Assembly: GCA_022560555.1 (NCBI GenBank) | Contig: JADFSZ010000132.1 | Coordinates: 1 to 5,060 of the forward strand | Direction of reading: 5' to 3' | DNA: 5,060 nt | From: PVC group bacterium | Lineage (GTDB): Bacteria > GCA-001730085 > JADFSZ01 | Part shown: positions 1 through 5,060 of the stretch, one piece after another | Layout of the letters: each line of letters begins with the position of its first letter | Numbering within the stretch: position 1 is the stretch's first letter | Notes under the pieces: generated by a model | What the model was told of the DNA's origin: nothing | Databases searched by the model: none | The model's input: only the letters and a program-made list of their open reading frames with translations | Program-made: the position numbers and the translations under genes

Positions 1-2
1 GC

Positions 3-155
3 AAGAAAAACGGCAGAACCAATCAAATAGAAATTTCTGTTTTTGATTCAACGGGTCTGGCGATTCAAGACGGGGCCGTGGGACGACTCATCTACAAAAA
101 AGCTCTGGAGAAAAAAATTGGAAAATATATCCAATTTCTCGATACCCTTTTATAA
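3..155 (+). CDS. 3' end of an ornithine cyclodeaminase / mu-crystallin family protein (archaeal-type alanine dehydrogenase-like); the 5' end lies upstream of the window
   Basis: My translation of + frame 3 is open from the window edge: KKNGRTNQIEISVFDSTGLAIQDGAVGRLIYKKALEKKIGKYIQFLDTLL*, with stop TAA at 153..155. The other two + frames stop at 28..30 and 44..46. The 'VFDSTGLAIQD' block matches, from memory, the conserved C-terminal motif of the OCD/mu-crystallin family (xxFxSxGxAxxD). Only 50 residues are visible, so this is a family-level call. Confidence 0.6.
   Translation, partial: KKNGRTNQIEISVFDSTGLAIQDGAVGRLIYKKALEKKIGKYIQFLDTLL
111..137 (-). terminator. Candidate weak intrinsic terminator for acnA, lying inside the convergent gene's coding sequence
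   Basis: Read on the - strand, 12 nt after the acnA stop: AAATTGGA (137..130), loop TATATTT (129..123), TCCAATTT (122..115), then TTTT (114..111). That gives a 7-T run after the G:C core. The 8-bp stem is perfect but has only 2 G:C pairs, so it is thermodynamically weak. Confidence 0.3.
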
Positions 156-2840
156 ATTATCATTTGCGAGTTTTCGAAGAACATAGGGCAGGACACCTCC
201 GGCGCAATAATATTCAAGTTCCATGGGTGTATCAATGCGGCACTTTACGTGAAAAACTTTTTCCTGTCCCCCTTGGGCTTTAGCCGATACTTCCAGCAAC
301 TTGCCCGGATGCAAATTGTCAGCCATACCTGAAATGTGATAGACTTCATCCCCCTTTAAACCGAGAGTTTCACGAGATTCATCATTTTGAAATTCGCAGG
401 GAATAACTCCCATCCCAATTAAATTACTTCTGTGAATCCGCTCAAAAGTTTCGGCCATCACCACACGCACGCCCAACATCCACGTCCCTTTCGCGGCCCA
501 ATCCCGGGAGGAGCCCGAACCATATTCTTTGCCCGCGATAATCACAAGAGGAATCCCTTCCTCTTTATACTTCATGGCCGCATCATAAATCGTCATCTCC
601 TTTTGGCTAGGAAAATGCCGTGTCCAGCTCCCTTCCGTTCCCGGAACAAGCATATTACGCAGGCGAATATTCGCAAAAGTACCTCGAACCATAACTTCAT
701 GATTTCCTCTTCTAGAACCATAGGAATTAAAATCCTTAAACTCCACCTTTTGCTCCAACAGATACTTCCCGGCCGGAGAATCTTTTTTGATGGCCCCGGC
801 AGGAGAAATGTGATCCGTTGTCACAGAGTCTCCCAAAAGAACCAGAACGCGGAGATCCTTGACATCCTCTATCTTTTTCGGCTCTACCGGAATGTTTGTT
901 AAAAATGCAGGACGACGAATATAAGTAGAGTCAACATCCCAAGAAAATCGCTCCCCCTCGGGTGTGTCGAGACGACTCCAGATCTCAGGCCCTTTGAACA
1001 CATCCCGGTATTTCTCACGAAACATTTCAGTGTCAACAAATGTTTCGACGGCTTGAAATATCTCGTCTTGGCTTGGCCAAATATCCTTGAGAAAAATATC
1101 TTTTCCGTCCCGGCTTCGGCCGAGAGGCTCATGCATCAAATCAATATCCATACGTCCGGCTAAAGCATAGGCCACAACCAGAGGCGGGCTCGCCAAGTAA
1201 TTGGCACGAACATCGAGGTTAATGCGTCCTTCAAAATTGCGGTTCCCCGAAAGGACAGAACATACTACGAGCTTTTTTTCTTCAATCGCTTTGGAGATAG
1301 GTTCCGGTAAGGGGCCGCTGTTTCCGATACATGTGGTGCATCCGTATCCGACGAGATTAAAACCTAAGCAATCAAGATATTCCGTGAGACCGGATTTATT
1401 GAGATACTCCGTCACCACCTGTGATCCCGGCGCTAAACTTGTTTTGACCCAAGGTTTTTGCTTGAGACCAAGTTGAACAGCTTTCTTTGCAAGAAGCCCG
1501 GCTCCGATCATCACAGACGGATTTGACGTGTTGGTGCAGCTTGTGATCGACGCAATCACAACGGATCCTTGATTGAGATCAAATTGTTCGCCCCGCCAAT
1601 TCACATTCTCTGCCTTCGAAGCCGCGTTTTTGTCATGGACCATTTGGGCGAGAATTTTCTTAAAAGCACTTTTGGATTTTTTAAGGCTCACGCGATCTTG
1701 CGGACGCCTGGGACCGGCAAGACACGGCTCCACATCGGCCAAATTAAGCAAAAGTTGATCACTGTACAACGCTTCATTGGTCTCATCGGAATGAAACAGT
1801 CCTTGTTTTTTTAGATAAGTTTCAACGAACTGGATATGATTTTTATCACGAGCCGTTAATCGTAAATACTCTAAAGTCCTCTCATCAATCGGAAACATGG
1901 TGCATGTGGCTCCGTATTCGGGACTCATATTGCTGATCGTCGCCCGATCCGCCAATGTGAGACTGCCAAGACCCGGTCCGAAAAATTCTACGAATTTTCC
2001 GACAACGCCTTTTTTTCTCAACATTTCCGTTATGGTCAGCACTAAATCCGTCGCCGTTGCTCCTTCAGGCAGTGTTCCTGTTAATTTAAATCCCACAACC
2101 TGCGGCACCAGCATCGGAATGGCTTGCCCCAGTAAAACCGCTTCTGCCTCAATCCCACCGACCCCCCAGCCCAAAATTCCTAAACCGTTCACCATCGTTG
2201 TATGGCTGTCTGTCCCGACAAGCGTGTCCGGATAAGCCCAATATCCTTGATCGTCTTTATGTTCAAAAACGACGCGTGCGAGATATTCTATATTTACCTG
2301 ATGCACAATACCCGTTCCCGGAGGAACGACTCGAAAATTCTCAAACGCACCTTGACCCCATCGAAGAAATGCGTAGCGCTCGCGGTTTCGTTCAAATTCC
2401 TTTTCAACATTAATCAGAAAGGACGCGTCTGATCCATACGAATCCACTTGAACAGAGTGATCTATCACTAATTCTGTCGGTAAGACCGGATTAATTTTCG
2501 AAGCCTGTCCGCCTGCTTCCGCTATTGAATCACGCAGTGCTGCCAAGTCAACAACCGCGGGCACACCCGTAAAATCCTGCATCAGTACACGCGCCGGCAT
2601 GAAAGAAATCTCACGAGACGGCTTCTCCTCGGGCTTCCACGAAAGGATAGCTTCGATATCGTTTTTTGTCACATTTTTCCCGTCTTCGTGACGTAAAACA
2701 TTTTCCAAAAGTATTTTTAAAGAATAGGGTAGAGTTTTGATCGATTCATATTTTTCGGCTAACTCCATTAAATCAAAATATTGATAATTTTTGGAGCCGA
2801 TCTTAATATTTTTAAGCGTATTAAAAGAATTTTTGCGCAT
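150..2840 (-). CDS. acnA: Aconitate hydratase A (AcnA/IRP-type monomeric aconitase), 896 aa from the preferred start
   Basis: A 906-aa ORF with hallmark aconitase motifs: LPYSLKILLENVLR, DHSVQVD, GTDSHTTM and VPPGTGIVHQVN. The three [4Fe-4S] ligand cysteines are present in ITSCTNTSNP and GYGCTTCIGNSGPL, followed by SGNRNFEGR and the swivel-domain GSSRDWAAKG. I prefer the start at M11 (ATG 2838..2840). It has GAGGAGAGG 10 nt upstream, and it places the LP(K/Y)SLK motif at nearly the same offset as I recall for E. coli AcnA. The upstream ATG (2868..2870) overlaps the predicted -10 box and has no RBS. Confidence 0.95.
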   Translation of the reverse strand: MRKNSFNTLKNIKIGSKNYQYFDLMELAEKYESIKTLPYSLKILLENVLRHEDGKNVTKNDIEAILSWKPEEKPSREISFMPARVLMQDFTGVPAVVDLAALRDSIAEAGGQASKINPVLPTELVIDHSVQVDSYGSDASFLINVEKEFERNRERYAFLRWGQGAFENFRVVPPGTGIVHQVNIEYLARVVFEHKDDQGYWAYPDTLVGTDSHTTMVNGLGILGWGVGGIEAEAVLLGQAIPMLVPQVVGFKLTGTLPEGATATDLVLTITEMLRKKGVVGKFVEFFGPGLGSLTLADRATISNMSPEYGATCTMFPIDERTLEYLRLTARDKNHIQFVETYLKKQGLFHSDETNEALYSDQLLLNLADVEPCLAGPRRPQDRVSLKKSKSAFKKILAQMVHDKNAASKAENVNWRGEQFDLNQGSVVIASITSCTNTSNPSVMIGAGLLAKKAVQLGLKQKPWVKTSLAPGSQVVTEYLNKSGLTEYLDCLGFNLVGYGCTTCIGNSGPLPEPISKAIEEKKLVVCSVLSGNRNFEGRINLDVRANYLASPPLVVAYALAGRMDIDLMHEPLGRSRDGKDIFLKDIWPSQDEIFQAVETFVDTEMFREKYRDVFKGPEIWSRLDTPEGERFSWDVDSTYIRRPAFLTNIPVEPKKIEDVKDLRVLVLLGDSVTTDHISPAGAIKKDSPAGKYLLEQKVEFKDFNSYGSRRGNHEVMVRGTFANIRLRNMLVPGTEGSWTRHFPSQKEMTIYDAAMKYKEEGIPLVIIAGKEYGSGSSRDWAAKGTWMLGVRVVMAETFERIHRSNLIGMGVIPCEFQNDESRETLGLKGDEVYHISGMADNLHPGKLLEVSAKAQGGQEKVFHVKCRIDTPMELEYYCAGGVLPYVLRKLANDNL

Positions 2841-2850
2841 GTGTTCTTTT

Positions 2851-2859
2851 CCTCTCCTC
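2851..2859 (-). promoter_or_regulatory. Shine-Dalgarno site for acnA
   Basis: The - strand reads GAGGAGAGG, followed by AAAAGAACAC (10 nt), then ATG at 2840. Confidence 0.6.
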
Positions 2860-2868
2860 GAGCCCACC

Positions 2869-2896
2869 ATTATAGGCGCTCAAGATCAAGATTCAA
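2869..2896 (-). promoter_or_regulatory. Sigma70-like promoter for acnA (-35 TTGAAT, 16-nt spacer, -10 TATAAT)
   Basis: The - strand reads TTGAAT (2896..2891), CTTGATCTTGAGCGCC (16 nt), TATAAT (2874..2869). It sits in the only intergenic gap. The -10 is a perfect consensus and the -35 matches TTGACA at 4 of 6 positions. This is a motif-based prediction only. Confidence 0.5.
2880..2891. repeat. Tandem hexamer TCAAGA x2 (- strand TCTTGA TCTTGA) in the acnA promoter spacer
   Basis: The + strand at 2880..2891 reads tcaagatcaaga. On the - strand the region reads TTGAATC TTGATC TTGAGC, which is three TTGA-initiated units spanning the -35 box and spacer. Confidence 0.5.
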
Positions 2897-2961
2897 CTAA
2901 ATAATTCTTCCGCGTTTGTATTTAGAGCCTCTCGAATAGCAAGAAAAACACCCGTGAAATT

Positions 2962-4554
2962 TTATCCGCCAAAGCGTTTAAAACAATCCGTGACTTCTTG
3001 ACTTTGCCGGGTATCATCCCAGCCTAAAATATGACCTGCCGTCGTTGCCAAATCAAATAACACCGCTTTAGGGATGTTCTGTAATATACCAATGGGAATC
3101 CTTCGCCGCATAATATCCTCTAAGGTGCAAACCATCTCATTTTGGCAAACATAGATAAATTCTGCGTGACAAAAAGGAAGATACGGAATAATTCTCGTTT
3201 TCAGATGCTCATTTTTGTGGATGAGGCTTTGAATCTCTGAGACGTGTATGCCGTATCTTTGAATAAGTGTTTCGATTAATAGGGTATCAAGCCCTAAAGA
3301 TGCAAGGGTTGAACTCACTTGGCGCCTCCAAGACATATATTCCTCATGCGGACACCACGGCAATAATCGATTTTTTGTCCCGGAGGGCCCTGCCTTTCGT
3401 CCCAAAATCTTGCAGACTTGATTGACCAAAACAGATGCGTCTTCGCGAGCCGATGTTAATTTTCCACCAATGGATAACACGGCATTATTTAATGACTGGA
3501 TACACTTCCATTCCCGGGAAACATCCGAGGGATTCTTTTTTCCGGTGTCATAGAGAGCTCGAACTCCCGCGAAAGATCCTTGTATATCGCTCTTTTTCCA
3601 TTGCAGGCCCGGAAGCTGTTCGTTGGCTTCACATAAAAGATAATCAACATCCTGAGGTTCGACTTTGACGTCACTCGGGTTTCCCGAAAAATCTGAATCC
3701 GTTGTTCCAAGAATCGTTCTATCGTACCAGGGCAAAAGAAATATCACGCGCCGGTCCCGCCGGGTCGTAAGCAAAAACCCTTCTTTCGAGGATAATTTCG
3801 GCATGATGAGATGAACACCTTTAGAAAGCCGCAGCGGAATTTTTGAGGGGACGTATTGTTCATAGAACAATTTCAACCAAGGGCCCGGCGTCAATACAAA
3901 TGCTTTCGCTTTCAGAGATGCGGTTTCATTATTTAAACGATTTTTAACAACTATTTCTTTTATTTCTCTATTGGCTATTTTTATATGCGTCGCTTCGGCA
4001 TAATTCACGGCAACCGCGCCCTCGCCTACAGCGCCTGATAGAATTTCGAACGTAAGGCGAAAATCATCCACACTGGCGTCTGAGTAAACAAACGCTCCTT
4101 GAAGATTCTTGTCAGAAATGTGCGGATACAATCTTTTTGTTTCACTGACGTCAAGAAAGTCATGAGTTGGAATGGATGATTTTGACAAAGACAATTTATC
4201 ATAAAGCCATAACCCGCATTTTAATTTCCATAGGGGTACACGCCCGTTTTTGTACACCGGAGTGACAATCCTAAGGGGGCGTACCCGATGGGGTCCAAGC
4301 CTTAAGAGACGCTCCCTCTCGATAAGAGATTTTCTCACAAGACCGAATTCAAAATGCTCCAGGTACCTTAATCCCCCATGGATCAGCTTCGAAGAAGCTG
4401 AAGACGCAGCACTTCCCCAATCCCCTTTGTCGATAACAGCACACGTCAGTCCTCTTAAGGCCGCGTCATACGCGGCCCACACACCATAGATCCCGCCCCC
4501 GATCACTGCAAGATCAAAGGTTTTTTGTTCTAATTTTTTAAAATTTCTCTTCAT
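2962..4554 (-). CDS. glpD: FAD-dependent glycerol-3-phosphate dehydrogenase (GlpD/GlpO family), 530 aa from the preferred start
   Basis: The N-terminal Rossmann dinucleotide-binding motif is DLAVIGGGIYGVWAAYDAALRGLTCAVIDKGD. Family motifs SSKLIHGGLRYL and IGGKLTSARE are present, along with a helical C-terminal domain containing EDIMRRRIPIG. I prefer the start at M27 of the track ORF (ATG 4552..4554). This leaves 13 residues before DLAVIGGG, which is typical for the family, and forms an ATGA overlap with the upstream stop. Dehydrogenase and oxidase cannot be told apart from sequence by eye. Confidence 0.9.
   Translation of the reverse strand: MKRNFKKLEQKTFDLAVIGGGIYGVWAAYDAALRGLTCAVIDKGDWGSAASSASSKLIHGGLRYLEHFEFGLVRKSLIERERLLRLGPHRVRPLRIVTPVYKNGRVPLWKLKCGLWLYDKLSLSKSSIPTHDFLDVSETKRLYPHISDKNLQGAFVYSDASVDDFRLTFEILSGAVGEGAVAVNYAEATHIKIANREIKEIVVKNRLNNETASLKAKAFVLTPGPWLKLFYEQYVPSKIPLRLSKGVHLIMPKLSSKEGFLLTTRRDRRVIFLLPWYDRTILGTTDSDFSGNPSDVKVEPQDVDYLLCEANEQLPGLQWKKSDIQGSFAGVRALYDTGKKNPSDVSREWKCIQSLNNAVLSIGGKLTSAREDASVLVNQVCKILGRKAGPSGTKNRLLPWCPHEEYMSWRRQVSSTLASLGLDTLLIETLIQRYGIHVSEIQSLIHKNEHLKTRIIPYLPFCHAEFIYVCQNEMVCTLEDIMRRRIPIGILQNIPKAVLFDLATTAGHILGWDDTRQSQEVTDCFKRFGG
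4459..4477. repeat. Perfect inverted repeat GGCCGCG-N5-CGCGGCC (hairpin-capable) inside glpD
   Basis: The + strand reads ggccgcg (4459..4465), tcata, cgcggcc (4471..4477). All 7 stem pairs are G:C. On the coding strand it encodes A-A-Y-D-A-A as GCC GCG TAT GAC GCG GCC. It lies about 77 nt downstream of the glpD ATG. Confidence 0.5.
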
Positions 4555-5060
4555 TCTTTTTGACCCAGGATATATTCCCTGGCCCATTTCGGACGGTCCG
4601 TCATAATCACGTCCACGCCCCAGGATAAACATTTGTCCAGACTTTTGCGATCATTACAAACAAAAGTCATAACCGGCTTCCCTAATCGATGATTGAATGT
4701 AACAAATTTCTCATTAAGATTTTTTTGTTTGACACAAACGGCATAGAATTTTTTTAAAATATTCTCTGTCCGTTTGTTGGCCGGATAAGGGCGGTTCATG
4801 TTAAGCACAAAGCGTGTTCCGGGGAAAAGAGAAACCCCTAATGCCAGTAGTTCCCTATCGAAACTTAATATGAACGCTCTTTGATTGATGTTATATCGAT
4901 TCATCATTGTCTTGATTTGCCTCAGCGCTTTTTCTTTTTGTTTTTTTGTCAAAAGACCGTATGGTTTTAGCTCAATCAGCCAATGTGTTTTTGATCCTAA
5001 GGCCTTGAGAACACATCCTAAGTCCGGAATATCAGGATCTGAGATGTGTTTTTGAATATC
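4551..5060 (-). CDS. Glycerophosphodiester phosphodiesterase (GDPD family), 3' portion; the 5' end lies beyond the right window edge
   Basis: The - frame is open from 5060. My translation is DIQKHISDPDIPDLGCVLKALGSKTHWLIELKPYGLLTKKQKEK..., continuing into the track ORF. GDPD-type motifs are present: HWLIELKP (the IEIK strand), AFILSFD, VMTFVCND and the C-terminal GVDVIMTDRP (GVDGIITDxP-like). The stop TGA is at 4551..4553. The catalytic N-terminal HRG/ENT motifs and any signal peptide fall outside the window. Confidence 0.8.
   Translation of the reverse strand, partial: DIQKHISDPDIPDLGCVLKALGSKTHWLIELKPYGLLTKKQKEKALRQIKTMMNRYNINQRAFILSFDRELLALGVSLFPGTRFVLNMNRPYPANKRTENILKKFYAVCVKQKNLNEKFVTFNHRLGKPVMTFVCNDRKSLDKCLSWGVDVIMTDRPKWAREYILGQKE

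Noticed and set aside
432-902. A 156-aa + strand ORF antisense to acnA, which could be taken for an overlapping or novel gene.
   Set aside because: It starts at GTG with no Shine-Dalgarno upstream (…aaattacttct). Its codons are exactly in register with the acnA codons on the opposite strand. That is the antisense frame where stops arise only opposite the sense codons TTA, CTA and TCA, so long shadow ORFs are expected there. The product is His/Arg/Pro-rich and low in complexity, with no recognisable motif.
1754-1770. IRE-like CAGUG loops on the - strand that apo-aconitase might bind: GTTGTACAGTGATCAAC here, and GCCAGTGTGG at about 4066..4080.
   Set aside because: The flanks do not form the 5-bp upper stem and C-bulge of an iron-responsive element. 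Only 3-4 scattered pairs are possible. Both sites are inside coding sequence, and the predicted acnA 5' UTR of about 20 nt is too short to hold such an element.
899-2432. Short ORFs inside acnA: 899..1132 (-), 1201..1476, 1569..1814, 1573..1758, 1897..2235, 2198..2413 and 2202..2432 (all +).
   Set aside because: All lie wholly inside a strongly supported aconitase CDS. They overlap each other in alternative frames, have biased compositions typical of off-frame translation, and lack convincing RBS or motif support.
2841-2870. The N-terminal extension MVGSRRGKEH of the acnA ORF.
   Set aside because: The upstream ATG overlaps the TATAAT -10 element and has no RBS. The downstream ATG at 2840 has GAGGAGAGG upstream and gives the family-typical N-terminal length.
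2889-2915. A possible Fur box or CcpC-type dyad in the A/T-rich stretch GAAGAATTATTTAGTTGAATC upstream of acnA.
   Set aside because: There is no convincing dyad symmetry. The match to the GATAATGATAATCATTATC Fur consensus and to ATAA-N7-TTAT is poor, and the resemblance is only A/T richness.
3748-3766. A GC-rich repeat, CGCCGG-TCC-CGCCGG, with short CCGG self-complementarity inside glpD.
   Set aside because: It is explained by an Arg-rich peptide (TTRRDRRV) encoded with CGG/CGC codons. The stem potential is only 4 bp.
3435-4489. Short ORFs inside glpD: 3435..3668 (+), 3489..3710 (-, off-frame) and 4250..4489 (+).
   Set aside because: They are embedded in a well-supported GlpD CDS and have no RBS or recognisable domains. 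They are shadow ORFs.
4592-4602. An 11-bp palindrome, GACGG-T-CCGTC, located 38-48 nt upstream of the glpD start. It could be an operator.
   Set aside because: It lies in the highly conserved GDPD motif (M)TDRP(K), which largely dictates the bases. The half-sites are short, the one-base centre rules out an RNA hairpin, and I recognise no matching regulator consensus. It is most likely coincidental.
4555-4632. The N-terminal extension of glpD (MFILGRGRDYDGPSEMGQGIYPGSKR), including the alternative ATG at 4585..4587.
   Set aside because: Neither upstream ATG has a Shine-Dalgarno. The extension would overlap the GDPD C-terminus by 35 or 80 nt. The M27 start gives the usual short leader before the GxGxxG motif and a canonical ATGA junction.
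1-5060. A search across the whole window for defence systems, toxin-antitoxin pairs, CRISPR repeats, tRNA/rRNA, IS elements or integrase remnants, and long direct or inverted repeats.
   Set aside because: None were found. Coding sequence for four recognisable housekeeping enzymes accounts for all but 91 bp, and that gap is explained by the acnA promoter and RBS. I could not run k-mer or similarity searches, so diverged or long-range repeats cannot be fully excluded.

Overview
This window looks like ordinary core metabolism, almost fully coding, and I found no evidence of a novel system. It holds four genes. (1) On the + strand, the last 50 codons of an ornithine cyclodeaminase/mu-crystallin family gene (3..155). 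(2) On the - strand, a complete AcnA/IRP-type aconitate hydratase (150..2840). (3) On the - strand, an FAD-dependent glycerol-3-phosphate dehydrogenase, GlpD (2962..4554). (4) On the - strand, the 3' two-thirds of a glycerophosphodiester phosphodiesterase (GDPD) gene that runs off the right edge (4551..5060). The only non-coding stretch is 91 bp between glpD and acnA (2871..2961). It carries a good sigma70-like promoter and an RBS for acnA. I see no tRNA/rRNA, CRISPR array, mobile element, defence-type gene or unexplained long ORF. All + strand ORFs inside the - strand genes look like shadow ORFs. The observations worth a second look are modest and architectural: an ATGA stop/start overlap coupling GDPD to glpD; a palindromic TTATAA supplying both stop codons of the convergent gene pair; a weak terminator-like hairpin for acnA lying inside the neighbour's coding sequence; a TCAAGA tandem repeat in the acnA promoter spacer; and a perfect all-G:C 7-bp hairpin early in glpD. 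Three starts in the supplied ORF track appear wrong (acnA and glpD over-extended, GDPD truncated at a TTG). I cannot assign a taxon from sequence alone.
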